From positions 94,713 to 158,712 of the IMG/VR virus record IMGVR_UViG_3300047493_000037: a DNA stretch of 64,000 nt; one strand, written 5' to 3'. Each line of letters starts with the position of its first letter. Positions within the stretch are counted from its first letter, which is position 1. The notes under the pieces were generated by a model. The model made no database searches. It saw only the letters and a program-made list of their open reading frames with translations, and was not told where the DNA came from. Source of the stretch: a virus (taxonomy: Duplodnaviria > Heunggongvirae > Uroviricota > Caudoviricetes). The position numbers were made by a program, and so were the translations under genes. Below are positions 51,761-61,495 of this stretch, piece by piece.

Positions 51761-53407
51761 AATACTCTCAGGAGAGACAACTTGGAAAACGACTTCGACG
51801 TATTCTCGAGCAAGTTCGCATATGACATATATATGCAAAAATACAGCATGAATGGCACTGAGAGATGGGCAGACACTTGTCAAAGAGTTGTCAGCGCTGT
51901 ATGTGGTCAATTAATTGATACCAAGTCTAAGAACAAGATTCTTAAGTACATGGTTGAGAGAAAGTTTATTCCTGGTGGCAGATACTTATATTCTGCTGGC
52001 AGAAGCTTTCACCAGGTCAACAATTGCTTCCTGTTCAGAGCAGAGGATAGCAGAGAAGGTTGGGCAGATCTCATGTTTAGCATCACCTCTGGTCTCCTTA
52101 CAGGCGGAGGAATTGGAGTGGACTACACCAACATTAGGTATAAGGGCGCGCCTATTAAGCGCACTGGCGGAGTTTGCACTGGTCCGACTAGCTTGATGCA
52201 TATGGTCAATGAGAGTGGCCGACATATTATGCAAGGCGGACAACGTCGCTCTGCAATCTGGGCTGGACTTACTTGGTCGCATAAAGACATTCCAGAGTTC
52301 ATGACTGTAAAGAACTACAATGATGACCTTAGGGAACTCAAGAGAAAAGACCCTATGTTCCCACTCCCAATGGAGTTCACCAACATCTCTGTTATATACG
52401 ACACAGAGTTCTTTATAGCAGTTGAAGACGAGAGTCACCCTAGGCATGCTGAATCTAAGGCTATCTGGTTACAAAACTGTAGACAAGCCTTTTCCACTGC
52501 CGAGCCAGGCATGTCGTTCAACTTTAGAAGAGACAGCGAGTCCCTAAGAAATGCCTGCACTGAAGTTGTTAGCGAGGACGATAGTGACAAGTGTAATCTT
52601 GGCACAGTATGGATGAACAGGTGTATAGACAAGAAGGAATTTGCGGACGTGTGTAAGTTTGCAGTGTTGTTCCTACTGTGCGGCAGCATCTACAGCGATC
52701 TCCCTACTAATAAGATTCAACAGGTTGGCAAGATGAACAACCGTATTGGCCTAGGGTTAGGCGGCATTCATGAGTGGCTAATGACCAGAGAATACGGCTA
52801 TGAGTGTGTCCCAGAGCTTCATAAGTGGCTTGCTACGTATGAGCGCGAGAGCGATTCGGCTGCATTCATTGGAGCTAAGCAACTTGGAGTTGCAGTGCCT
52901 AAGGGCGTAAGAGCTATTGCGCCCAATGGAACTATTGGAATCATAGCTGAGACTACTACAGGAATTGAGTCCCTCTTCTGTAAGGCATATAAGCGTAGCT
53001 ACTTGAAAGACGGTAAGTGGGTCTATCAGTATGTGGTAGACGGTGCAGTTAAGAGACTACTTGGCCTTGGTATTAAGATTGAAGACATACAAGACTCTTA
53101 CGACATCTCATTCAAGGATAGAGTGAAGTTCCAAGCTGACGTGCAGCAATATGTAGACATGGCTATCTCTTCTACCTGCAACCTACCTATGTGGGGTTCA
53201 GAGAAGAATAGTGAGGACACGCTGGAAGAGAATGCAGCTATCCTACTTAAGTATGCCAGAAGACTTAGAGGTTTCACTGCTTACCCTGACGGATGCAGAG
53301 ATGGACAACCTCTCGTTAGGGTAGACTTGCAAGAGGCTCTCTCGAACGAAGGTGTACTATTTGAAGACAAACAGGTAGAATGTACCAATGGTGTCTGCGG
53401 AATCTAA
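51743..53407 (+). CDS. nrdJ: class II (adenosylcobalamin-dependent) ribonucleotide reductase
   Basis: GGGIGVDYTNIRYKGAPIKRTGGVCTGPTSLMHMVNESGRHIMQGGQRRSAIWAGLTWSHKDIPEFMTVK matches the NrdJ active-site block (GGG.G.s.s.lRpkG....G....SGPvSFM......s..vkQGG.RRgA). Start may instead be TTG near 51782 with AGGAGAG SD. Confidence 0.75.
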   Translation: MINNHTNTLRRDNLENDFDVFSSKFAYDIYMQKYSMNGTERWADTCQRVVSAVCGQLIDTKSKNKILKYMVERKFIPGGRYLYSAGRSFHQVNNCFLFRAEDSREGWADLMFSITSGLLTGGGIGVDYTNIRYKGAPIKRTGGVCTGPTSLMHMVNESGRHIMQGGQRRSAIWAGLTWSHKDIPEFMTVKNYNDDLRELKRKDPMFPLPMEFTNISVIYDTEFFIAVEDESHPRHAESKAIWLQNCRQAFSTAEPGMSFNFRRDSESLRNACTEVVSEDDSDKCNLGTVWMNRCIDKKEFADVCKFAVLFLLCGSIYSDLPTNKIQQVGKMNNRIGLGLGGIHEWLMTREYGYECVPELHKWLATYERESDSAAFIGAKQLGVAVPKGVRAIAPNGTIGIIAETTTGIESLFCKAYKRSYLKDGKWVYQYVVDGAVKRLLGLGIKIEDIQDSYDISFKDRVKFQADVQQYVDMAISSTCNLPMWGSEKNSEDTLEENAAILLKYARRLRGFTAYPDGCRDGQPLVRVDLQEALSNEGVLFEDKQVECTNGVCGI

Positions 53408-53726
53408 TATCATTACAGTGACAGAGAAGGCATTAGCAAGGCTAGCTTCCATAAGAGAGGAAGGTAAAGCTTTGCGCATTGCCGTTGTTGGTGGTGGCTG
53501 CAGCGGGATGAGCTATAAGCTCTCTTGGGTCACTTTAGGTGAAACAACCTTGGCAGATAAGAGCGAAATTCATGGCGAAATCTCAGTGGTTATAGATCCA
53601 AAGAGTGCCTTGTTTCTGAGGGGAATTACTTTAGATTACAGTGATGGATTGAATGGACAAGGATTTGAGTTCAATAATCCTAATGCGAAGCGTTCATGTG
53701 GCTGTGGCTCAAGTTTCTCTACGTAA
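53388..53726 (+). CDS. IscA/HesB-family iron-sulfur cluster assembly protein
   Basis: Collinear with E. coli IscA: GGGCSGMSY, FEFNNPNAKRSCGCGSSF C-terminal Cys motif; overlaps nrdJ 3' end by 20 nt. Confidence 0.8.
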   Translation: MVSAESNIITVTEKALARLASIREEGKALRIAVVGGGCSGMSYKLSWVTLGETTLADKSEIHGEISVVIDPKSALFLRGITLDYSDGLNGQGFEFNNPNAKRSCGCGSSFST

Positions 53727-53948
53727 TAAGTTTTTACACCCCGGACAGTTATCAGTTGAAACTACATTGTTGATATGATAAGAATGATAATGTTTAGCAA
53801 AACCTAGCGTAAACACATCTAAGTAAGTTAAAAAATAAATCATCGTACTAGTCATTGTTGCATCTTTAAAAGCAGGAACCATGCTAGTTTTAGTACAAGC
53901 ACACTTTCTAAGTTTGCACTTCCATGCTGCCCACTGAGATTGTTTCAC
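53709..53948 (-). CDS. hypothetical Cys-containing protein
   Basis: 79-aa ORF convergent with iscA-like gene. Confidence 0.35.
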   Translation of the reverse strand: MKQSQWAAWKCKLRKCACTKTSMVPAFKDATMTSTMIYFLTYLDVFTLGFAKHYHSYHINNVVSTDNCPGCKNLLRRET

Positions 53949-54220
53949 TTATTGTTCCTTAGCATGTATGCATCAACTGCATCTTTTGCTTCTTTTAAAC
54001 CTATCCCATAAGATAAACCACTACGCCACGGTGGTCTAGGCGCTGGCCATTGTTTAGGCCTATTTCTCGCTATCTCATCATGATCAACAACAAAATTACG
54101 AAAGCCCAAGGCGCCTAAAAGCTTAGTAAGACTACGGAAGGATTTGATCAACTCTATCCTTCTCTTTGCTGCTTCCATTTCCGTTTCGCGCTGCTTTTGC
54201 AAGCTCATCGCAGCGTTCAT
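53945..54220 (-). CDS. hypothetical basic protein
   Basis: Track ORF 53945..54265 trimmed to ATG 54218-54220 (GGAGAG SD) to reduce overlap with the RNase H gene. Confidence 0.4.
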   Translation of the reverse strand: MNAAMSLQKQRETEMEAAKRRIELIKSFRSLTKLLGALGFRNFVVDHDEIARNRPKQWPAPRPPWRSGLSYGIGLKEAKDAVDAYMLRNNK

Positions 54221-54587
54221 TATTGGGCTCTCCGGCGTGACCTTTTTCCCAACGGGCTTTGGCATTGAGAGACCTAAATACCTTTCTAAGTCTTAGCACG
54301 TAAGGTAGCAGGTGCATCTTCTTTACGTTATATTCGCCAGTGGCAAACCTAAGAACAAGTTGACTATCTGAAATTATAGTGACGTCCTCACATTGAGGAT
54401 AAGTGGCTGCAGTGTATTCTAGTCCTTCAATGGCTGCTAATAATTCACAAGTGTTATTGGTTGCTTTTTGCTCTGAACCACTAGCTTCGTGAACCTTAAC
54501 TCCATCAACGACTACAACAAACGCCCAACCACCAACTCCACCGGTCTTACCGTTACTTGAACCGTCACTATACACTTGAATTATCAT
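54132..54587 (-). CDS. rnhA: ribonuclease HI
   Basis: VYSDGSS, TNNTCELLAAIEGLE, IISDSQLV, NERCDELAKAA reproduce the RNase HI catalytic D/E/D/D blocks. Confidence 0.8.
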   Translation of the reverse strand: MIIQVYSDGSSNGKTGGVGGWAFVVVVDGVKVHEASGSEQKATNNTCELLAAIEGLEYTAATYPQCEDVTIISDSQLVLRFATGEYNVKKMHLLPYVLRLRKVFRSLNAKARWEKGHAGEPNNERCDELAKAARNGNGSSKEKDRVDQILP

Positions 54588-54740
54588 ATTATTAGTATAT
54601 CCAAGTTTTAGCGGACATATCGCTGACAGTTGGATCTTTCATTAAAGCAACCCACTTATCTATGCTTTCTCTGGTCCACGTAACTCCACGGTACTGTTTC
54701 CTTCTAATAAGGAAAGCCACTAGAACTTGAATATTAAACA

Positions 54741-54950
54741 TTACTTGTTGTTCTGCAAGTATTCGTTCGCCTGCTTAGTGCAGTAATCGAGCATCTTAGC
54801 TTCATCTGGAACTAAGCCAACACTCTGAAGCATCATGCGAGCGGTTTCCCTGCAACCTTCAATATAAGCATTCTTTTCGGCTTCACGTGAACCTTTACAG
54901 CCAGAAAGCACACCAACCATCAACAAAGCGATAAGACAATTTTTAAGCAT
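54741..54950 (-). CDS. lipoprotein
   Basis: MLKNCLIALLMVGVLSGC signal + lipobox; 69 aa; GGTATAAT -10 upstream at 54972-54977 (complement). Confidence 0.5.
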   Translation of the reverse strand: MLKNCLIALLMVGVLSGCKGSREAEKNAYIEGCRETARMMLQSVGLVPDEAKMLDYCTKQANEYLQNNK

Positions 54951-54959
54951 ATTATTTCC

Positions 54960-54998
54960 TTTTCTAACAAGATTATACCTATCATTCCTTGGTATAAT
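54960..54998 (+). promoter_or_regulatory. back-to-back extended -10 promoters (minus: AGGTATAAT at 54971-54979; plus: TGGTATAAT at 54990-54998)
   Basis: Two copies of the GGTATAAT motif in opposite orientation between divergent genes; the plus copy ends 6 nt before ATG 55005 (leaderless-like). Confidence 0.45.
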
Positions 54999-55004
54999 GT
55001 CACT

Positions 55005-55271
55005 ATGCCACTAGTAGCCGCTGAAATGAAAGCAAAATTCCAAAGTAGAATTCACGATGGCTTGAAAAGAACCTTCGGTAATGATACCGACTCTCAAGCT
55101 GATGCTCAATGGGCAAAGATGGCAGATGCCATCAGCGATATCGCAATGGATATCGTCACCGAACTAACAACTAACGCTATGGTTGTTCCAGGTCAACAAA
55201 TTGTTGGCGTTGGCGGCGGAATTCCAGGACCTGTAAGTGGAACCACTGTCACTCCTGGTCAAATACTTTAA
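55005..55271 (+). CDS. hypothetical Gly-rich protein
   Basis: 88-aa plus-strand ORF. Confidence 0.45.
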   Translation: MPLVAAEMKAKFQSRIHDGLKRTFGNDTDSQADAQWAKMADAISDIAMDIVTELTTNAMVVPGQQIVGVGGGIPGPVSGTTVTPGQIL

Positions 55272-55552
55272 GTCTTCTTCCACACTAAGTCTCTAGTAGT
55301 CATCACTGTGAGTCTTGCAGGTCTATTCTCAGAATCTGCAAACACCTCTAACGTATACTCATGAGTTGTATCTGTCTTCACGTCGTCGTAACTTGACGGC
55401 GTTGATACACCGCTGCCGCGAAGAACAAGACACTCGCCTAACACACCATTTTCGATATTTTCTTCTCGAACGCTAATGTCTAACTCTGTCTGAGGACTGA
55501 GTCCTCTAAGTTGACCTAGCGACTTCTCAAGTTGAGCATACTTAATCTTCAT
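55268..55552 (-). CDS. hypothetical protein
   Basis: ORF 55268..55633 trimmed to ATG at 55550-55552 (MKIKYAQLEKS). Confidence 0.45.
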   Translation of the reverse strand: MKIKYAQLEKSLGQLRGLSPQTELDISVREENIENGVLGECLVLRGSGVSTPSSYDDVKTDTTHEYTLEVFADSENRPARLTVMTTRDLVWKKT

Positions 55553-55925
55553 AAGGAACATCCAGAATTTGGCGTACAAACCACTCATCCGCACTCGAAT
55601 AGCCCTTTTCAAAGCGAGTATTGATAGACTCAACCGCGTTTAAAGCTTGATATACTCCGAGCATATAGTATCTATTGGATCTGCTGAATAACTCAAACCT
55701 AGGTTTCAAGGTCTTAGAAGCCTCTCTGGCAATCTTAAGAAGCTCTTCTCTCATCTTCATTGTGTCGCCTCTGTTCTGCTTCTCTGAGCAGACAGCGAGG
55801 CACCTACTCATCGCTCTAACATAGGCAAATCTATTCTTCTCGTTGCTGATATGGCACGCTGTATAAGCGCAAGTAGAATTGATGAGAATTCTAGCAAGAT
55901 CAGCTACTTCCTTCTTTAGGTTCAT
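55542..55925 (-). CDS. hypothetical protein
   Basis: 127-aa ORF. Confidence 0.5.
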   Translation of the reverse strand: MNLKKEVADLARILINSTCAYTACHISNEKNRFAYVRAMSRCLAVCSEKQNRGDTMKMREELLKIAREASKTLKPRFELFSRSNRYYMLGVYQALNAVESINTRFEKGYSSADEWFVRQILDVPYED

Positions 55926-56097
55926 AGCTCACCCTGTGAGATAATAGGTGACATGACTATATGCAACTCATGCCATCTAGGATGCTTGGAACCGCACCCT
56001 GAGTTGTATTTTTGGTGTAAGTGTAACATATGCGCCTATAGTTGCCTCAATCCAGATTTATCCAAAGAGAACCAAGCTAACGCTGACAAGCACCCAC

Positions 56098-56355
56098 TCA
56101 TGCGTCTTCCTGACGTTGCCGCTCTGGCACTAATCGAGGAACAGCAGCTGGATCTATATGTGAGATCATTACCAAGTCCTTCCACTTCTTCACGTAAGGG
56201 ATGTGACCAGCAGGAACTTCAAGCTCAAACAATCGACCCTCAGCGCTTTGAAGAGTGACGTACGTATCTCCAGTGCCTAAAAAGGGCGAGTACATATTAT
56301 CCATAACCCGTACTCGCATATCTCGCTGCTCATCATTGACGTAATAAATCTTCAT
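56098..56355 (-). CDS. hypothetical protein
   Basis: 85-aa minus ORF; competes with Cys-rich plus ORF 55953..56258 that has an AGGTGA SD. Confidence 0.4.
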   Translation of the reverse strand: MKIYYVNDEQRDMRVRVMDNMYSPFLGTGDTYVTLQSAEGRLFELEVPAGHIPYVKKWKDLVMISHIDPAAVPRLVPERQRQEDA

Positions 56356-57062
56356 ATACCTATCCCGTAAGAGGCACCAACTATGCTAGTTGGAACTCCT
56401 CTGTCTTGCATTGGAAACGAACCAGAAAGCGACAAACCGATGTGACCTAAAAGGGTCTTGCTAAAGCTAGTCGTGAATGCTTGCTGATTAGCAGAGAAAC
56501 TTGCATTCACTAAAAATGAAGACACAGCGAGAGACGCATTTCTGCCCTCCACGCTTCCACCCACTATCACCTTAGTACCTGATGCTATATCAAATGGAAC
56601 ACTTGCTCCCTTGTAGATGCTGTACGCGCCGCCAACTAGCACTGCAGGCACCTTAGTAACGTCTTCTATCTTAAGAACCGTGGGATTGTCTTTCAGCTTA
56701 CCAAGAACAGCGTTCCTCTGTGTAGTCATCTGATAAGACTTAATCTCTGAGAACACATTAGAGCTAAAGCTTGTCATCGCGTTAATGTAAGCAATTTGAT
56801 CGTTGATTCCCATAATGCCGTAGTTGGAACGCATCTCATAGTAGCGATTAGCATCAGCATACTGCTGACTAAGTTGCAACTGCCTATTCTTATCAAGGAT
56901 AACAATATCACTGCCAGGAGAAGAGTACTTGGTATCTAGCAAATAGGATTCATTTGCTTGGATGCCAGCAAACTCAGCTGCATTCGCATTGGAGGCGGAG
57001 AGCATTAGAATAAGTTTAGCCAGTCTTCGCACGCTTTTTCCTAGGTTTCTTAGGCTTCTCAT
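56352..57062 (-). CDS. secreted protein (signal peptide, Ser/Gly/Ala-rich, beta-rich)
   Basis: 236 aa, N-terminal signal LILMLSASNANAAEF. Confidence 0.55.
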   Translation of the reverse strand: MRSLRNLGKSVRRLAKLILMLSASNANAAEFAGIQANESYLLDTKYSSPGSDIVILDKNRQLQLSQQYADANRYYEMRSNYGIMGINDQIAYINAMTSFSSNVFSEIKSYQMTTQRNAVLGKLKDNPTVLKIEDVTKVPAVLVGGAYSIYKGASVPFDIASGTKVIVGGSVEGRNASLAVSSFLVNASFSANQQAFTTSFSKTLLGHIGLSLSGSFPMQDRGVPTSIVGASYGIGI

Positions 57063-57567
57063 AGTTAAAAATCTTAATGCCCTTTGGGGACATGCACCTT
57101 GGCATCTTAATCTTTGGTAGCATAGGTTCTAGCTTATGATCAGCACCAAAGAACCTATTCTCCATGCGATTAATGATGTTGTTATTAAGCTCTTTACCTT
57201 CCAAGAAGATGTGAGCCTTCCTTGACTTAGAGGGCTTCACCAATAGAGGTGATGCCTTGGCATAATAACTCTCAGACCACGCACCCATACTCTCATTTAG
57301 CTTACAGATGCTAAGCTTAAAGAATATAGGTGAACCAGGATAGAAACCTCGCATCAACCATATCCTAAGCTTTTTCCCAGTGTAATTATAGTTAGGTGGA
57401 CAAGCGAGCATGGCTTGAATCTGTGCAGCAAAGAACCCCGCAAACTCCTCAAGATCAATGCCGAGCACGGTTGCCTGTATCAGCAACTCTGACATTATTT
57501 TAAGTCTATAAGGCTGCGCATCTGCTTCTTCAGGCGATTCCAAGCTTCTCGAATCCTGTGTTGTCAC
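57016..57567 (-). CDS. hypothetical protein
   Basis: 183-aa ORF. Confidence 0.5.
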   Translation of the reverse strand: MTTQDSRSLESPEEADAQPYRLKIMSELLIQATVLGIDLEEFAGFFAAQIQAMLACPPNYNYTGKKLRIWLMRGFYPGSPIFFKLSICKLNESMGAWSESYYAKASPLLVKPSKSRKAHIFLEGKELNNNIINRMENRFFGADHKLEPMLPKIKMPRCMSPKGIKIFNYEKPKKPRKKRAKTG

Positions 57568-57784
57568 TTTGTGTGAATGCTCCGTTAGTTACGCTGAAAA
57601 CTGCATGAGCAGTTCCACGAGAGGCCATATCGATGAGAGCGTAGTCGATCTCTTCATCTGGTACACCAAGACCTTCAAGGTGATCTGCAGCAGACTCAAT
57701 CGTGTTAAAAACTTCCGGCTCTTTGCTAAGACGAGAAGTAACCACCCAGCAAATCTTTGAAACCTTGAACAAGTTGGTATCCAT
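57530..57784 (-). CDS. hypothetical protein
   Basis: 84-aa ORF. Confidence 0.45.
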   Translation of the reverse strand: MDTNLFKVSKICWVVTSRLSKEPEVFNTIESAADHLEGLGVPDEEIDYALIDMASRGTAHAVFSVTNGAFTQSDNTGFEKLGIA

Positions 57785-58022
57785 CTATTCCTCTTTTGTT
57801 AGAAGGTCAATGCGCTTGTCGATTAAACTCTGTATCTCCATCTTGGATTGCTTATCTGTCTGAATCTCTTTGAGCTTTTTAAGAGCTTCAAGCTCTCTAT
57901 CCTCTTTAATTTTCTTTCTTAACTCTTCAACAACTGGGCTTCCGCCATCTCGAACGCTCATAATATCTCCTGTTGTGATAACGTATTGATATTATACAAT
58001 TTTTCAAAAATGGATGTTTTAT

Positions 58023-58268
58023 CTAGGTAGTTGGTTTGATCTCGTCACGTTCTTGGTCTTCGTTCCAGTAGTCATGATCCCAATCAAGGGGATTGCACTC
58101 GCAGTTATCGTGACCAACCATGCCGCAGTCACCGCAACTAGCCCAATCAGCTTCATAGCTGTCTACAAATTCGTCAAAGGCAGCTGCAGCACTTAAAAGT
58201 TTCAACGTATACATAAAATCAAGAAGAGAATAGACAGACTCATAATGCTCTGGACTAGTAATCTTCAT
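58023..58268 (-). CDS. Cys/Asp-rich small protein
   Basis: 81 aa, CGDCGMVGHDNCECNP. Confidence 0.45.
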   Translation of the reverse strand: MKITSPEHYESVYSLLDFMYTLKLLSAAAAFDEFVDSYEADWASCGDCGMVGHDNCECNPLDWDHDYWNEDQERDEIKPTT

Positions 58269-58564
58269 GAGTTACTTTCTTTTTGCGCTTATAATCTTTT
58301 TTAGTCTTATGGCGCTGCCTAGGAGGAGCAACTGGAATACGCCTTTTAACGACTTTTTTCTTTTTCTTGGGTTTCATAACCTATCTTTCAGACGGTTTAA
58401 AGCCTGACATTTTCTTTACTTCTTTGTCAACCTCTTCGACGATGTCTTCAACCTCTTCCTCTAAGCGACATAGGGCGCAAACGCCACCCCTACACTCTTC
58501 GTATTCACCGCAAACATCACAGTCTTGGCGCATATATCTTTCTGTTGTTAGATAGGATCAGGGG

Positions 58565-58831
58565 TTAAGTTGAATCTTTCTTTTTACGAGTCTTGCGCCT
58601 TGGCTTATCGATGACAGGTGGACCCATAACTAGTTTAGTTTTTCCATGGTGTCCGTGGATTTCTTCAACATCTCCGATGTTCTTATAGTGGTTGATTGAG
58701 GAGTGGAAAGTGCACCACTCCAGAATGCAAGTACCAGAAGGCAGCACAACACCACGAGCAACCACACCAGTGCCGCTGATTCCCGTCTCGTCCTCAAGTC
58801 TAACCAGATGAAACTCTTTAATGAGGTCCAT
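58565..58831 (-). CDS. hypothetical protein with basic C-terminus
   Basis: 88-aa ORF (alternative frame 58630..58887 judged less likely). Confidence 0.4.
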   Translation of the reverse strand: MDLIKEFHLVRLEDETGISGTGVVARGVVLPSGTCILEWCTFHSSINHYKNIGDVEEIHGHHGKTKLVMGPPVIDKPRRKTRKKKDST

Positions 58832-59244
58832 AACGATGTCATCTCCAGGGTTCCGCCACTATATTCGGTGACTGACAGAGTCCACATTGCTTGGATTCTG
58901 ATTTGCGAACAACCAATCGTATTCTACAATCTGAACAAACAGTAAGCGTGCTAAGAATTTCACCTCTAAGAGAAATCTTCTTTTTCTTGGTTTTCTTTTT
59001 CATTATTGCGCTCCTTAACGAAGGTGAAAATTCTAATACCCCAGGCGAACTCATAGTCGACGCAAATACCAAGTCTGAATAGCAGACTTAGTAATCGATT
59101 AGTCGACACATATCTATCAGAGTCACTCATGCATTGACCGCTTAACAAAGTTTCCAGCTTCTTTCATGTTTATCTTCAGCGTAATAACTTCCTTAGAAAG
59201 TTTAACCCACAGGGTTACAGTGCTAACTAAAAAATAAGTTGCTC

Positions 59245-59445
59245 TTAATTTAAGGATATACTGACACGATATTCTGCCTCAGCTAAGTTTGTCTTAGCGT
59301 TTATTACAGCAGTTTGGGCACTTGACAGTCTATATGCTAGATCGTCTCTAAGTTTGCTATGTCGTTCTTTATCTTTTTCTTTGCTCATCCACTCTCCAAG
59401 CGTACTCGTCAAGATCTTCTGGGTTTGCGGGCGGAAAACTTGCAA
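59245..59445 (-). CDS. hypothetical protein
   Basis: 66-aa ORF. Confidence 0.4.
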   Translation of the reverse strand: MQVFRPQTQKILTSTLGEWMSKEKDKERHSKLRDDLAYRLSSAQTAVINAKTNLAEAEYRVSISLN

Positions 59446-59519
59446 TATCTAAGAGAGCTACAAGTGCAAATAAACAAAAAGTTGCAAGTCCACCCTGTTG
59501 CACTCTAGAGAGCTTTGAC

Positions 59520-59717
59520 TTATCGAACCCCATACTTGATCTTCAGAGCTTCCGGAAGTGCGCTGTAATCAATCTCTTTGACCACTTCCACTTCCTTCTC
59601 GTAGCCCATCTGCTTGGGTGTAAGGCGCTTATGCGCTTTGGTTGCAACCTTAGCGATTTTTCCGCCACGCGCCATGAATTCAGCAACACTCTCAGTCTTA
59701 ATGGTATTCTTTTGCAT
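59520..59717 (-). CDS. hypothetical protein, small family C (EFMARGGK N-motif, IDYSALPEAL C-motif)
   Basis: Start at ATG 59715-59717 (MQKNTIKTESVAEFMARGGKIAKV) with AAGGAG SD; C-terminal EIDYSALPEALKIKYG matches 28874..29215. Confidence 0.55.
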   Translation of the reverse strand: MQKNTIKTESVAEFMARGGKIAKVATKAHKRLTPKQMGYEKEVEVVKEIDYSALPEALKIKYGVR

Positions 59718-59727
59718 AATGATCTCC

Positions 59728-60021
59728 TTAGATATTATTAGGATCGGATTCTTGGTCAAGCACAGAGTCCACGGCGTCCATGAATTCGAGCTCTTGCTGC
59801 CATTCACTAACAATATTTGATATTTTTATCATGTCATCAACCTCATCAAAGAATTTGCGCCAACCATCATAGTTATTAGGTTGATATAGTAATCCGCCCG
59901 CAGTCATCCTCCAGCGCCACTTTTCTGGGATGCTATTTCTAATGTAAGTACCATCTTCAAAGAATGTAAACACTATTTCACAACTATAAAATTGACTACC
60001 AACAATCTTTAGCTCTCTCAT
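59728..60021 (-). CDS. hypothetical Trp-rich protein
   Basis: 97-aa ORF. Confidence 0.5.
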   Translation of the reverse strand: MRELKIVGSQFYSCEIVFTFFEDGTYIRNSIPEKWRWRMTAGGLLYQPNNYDGWRKFFDEVDDMIKISNIVSEWQQELEFMDAVDSVLDQESDPNNI

Positions 60022-60482
60022 TCGTATCTCGTTTTAACCTTGCTAAGAGCCTCTTTAGCCATCTTTTCAATAGCATCGAGAGTGGTAGACTCATACTGCA
60101 CCACTCTAGGGTCTGACTGCTTCTTAGCTGGCCAATATAACCAACCAAGGGTGAGTTTTTTAAGCGCTTGTTGCAGGATAGCAATGTTCTCTTCCAGCTT
60201 GGTTGTGTATCGCTTAGTCTCATCTGGTGCTCCATAACCAGATACGACATCGATGTGAGCATGCAGCTTAACAGTTTCAAGAAACGCCTCTGGGATATTC
60301 CCATTAGCCATCAAACTCTGAATATCTTGAAGCTTCCTCTTGATTAGAAGCGAAGGCTCGAGACGTCGCTCCAAAGAGTGAGCATAATCTCGACATTGAG
60401 TATCTGCTTGAATCCAAACCTTAGTTGCGGTATTGCGTTCATCGAGTTGCTTTTGCCACTCTTTGCACTTCTCACAGCTCAT
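60018..60482 (-). CDS. hypothetical protein
   Basis: 154-aa ORF. Confidence 0.55.
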   Translation of the reverse strand: MSCEKCKEWQKQLDERNTATKVWIQADTQCRDYAHSLERRLEPSLLIKRKLQDIQSLMANGNIPEAFLETVKLHAHIDVVSGYGAPDETKRYTTKLEENIAILQQALKKLTLGWLYWPAKKQSDPRVVQYESTTLDAIEKMAKEALSKVKTRYE

Positions 60483-60691
60483 GAATCCCTCTTTTCAAAG
60501 ACTTCATCTACTGCTCGTTCAGCTTTATAGCGGAACCTAGAATAGGCAAGACGCTCGTCATATTCTTTTGTTTGCTGTTCACCAGCAACGTTAACACAAA
60601 CAGTGCAACTCACATTCACTGTTCCTTCCCATCTTGGGAGAGAACAAGCAGAACACGTATTGCTGCTTAACTCATCTATTAATGTTGACAC
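60479..60691 (-). CDS. Cys-rich small protein
   Basis: 70 aa, CSACS...CTVCVN. Confidence 0.45.
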   Translation of the reverse strand: MSTLIDELSSNTCSACSLPRWEGTVNVSCTVCVNVAGEQQTKEYDERLAYSRFRYKAERAVDEVFEKRDS

Positions 60692-60801
60692 AGAGATTCC
60701 TCTGGTGTTTATATAAGATCGGGATAGGGTGGCTCCGGCGTAGCAGTGTCAGTCACTATGCCGGGTGAGGCATAGTGACCAACTTTATTGTTTAGAGTTG
60801 C

Positions 60802-61479
60802 TTAGTGATAGAAGCCAGCAGAACTCATCAGCGCGCCATCTTCGTTGAGGATGAGCGCTTCGTTGCCGGCACCTTGCAAGTAGTCAAGTTCAAAGCTGTA
60901 GAAGCCATACTTGAGGTACTTGGACTTTGACACAGTTTGAGCTCCGTGCATGCCATCATTGTTGATGAGCAAGCCGCTAACATAGAGATTGGCACCATCG
61001 TCGCTGGTGAGATCAAACTCATGCCAGTTGTCATCAGAGACCACGAGATCCCCAGTGCACTTCACGATGTACCAAGTCTGGTATACGTTCTGCATGCCAG
61101 CCGGAAGGATATTCAGTCCTGCAGAGGTTGGTCCATTGGCTTGGTTGAATTGACCAGCGTAAGAGAAGCTTCCAACACCGGTGAGCACTGGAGCAGTTCC
61201 ACCGTTGGCTGCTGCGGTGATGCCCGTCGTGGTCGTAGGAACCGTGTAGACGTTGCAGTCAAGGCCAGGAACGAGAGCTTCTTGTCCGACATTGAGACGA
61301 TAGTTGTTCTCGGTGTCCACCATTACTTGGACAGCGCTTTCGGTTGGGGTGGGAGATGGAGTCGCCGCGGGTCCAGTTGCACCCGGAGCTCCTACAGGAC
61401 CTTGAGGTCCAAGATCACCCTGATTACAAGCCGCTACGCTAAACGCCATCAAGAACACGAGCATACCAAGATTCTTCAT
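60802..61479 (-). CDS. lipoprotein with collagen-like G-x-y tract and PA14-like beta domain
   Basis: Signal + lipobox MLVFLMAFSVAAC, GPQGPVGAPGATGPA repeats, C-terminal YGFYSFELDYLQGAGNEALILNEDG resembling PA14/GLEYA carbohydrate-binding domains. Confidence 0.55.
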   Translation of the reverse strand: MKNLGMLVFLMAFSVAACNQGDLGPQGPVGAPGATGPAATPSPTPTESAVQVMVDTENNYRLNVGQEALVPGLDCNVYTVPTTTTGITAAANGGTAPVLTGVGSFSYAGQFNQANGPTSAGLNILPAGMQNVYQTWYIVKCTGDLVVSDDNWHEFDLTSDDGANLYVSGLLINNDGMHGAQTVSKSKYLKYGFYSFELDYLQGAGNEALILNEDGALMSSAGFYH

Positions 61480-61495
61480 ACTTCTTCCTCCATTG

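Noticed and set aside
55953-56258. Cys-rich plus-strand ORF 55953..56258 with AGGTGA SD
   Set aside because: Not fully rejected: it competes with minus ORF 56098..56355. The minus ORF was preferred because neighbouring genes are minus-strand with short overlaps, but either could be real.
58839-59148. Overlapping small ORFs 58839..59072 and 58966..59148
   Set aside because: Both are low-complexity (poly-Lys, Phe/Glu-rich), mutually overlapping and lack RBSs; region left unannotated.
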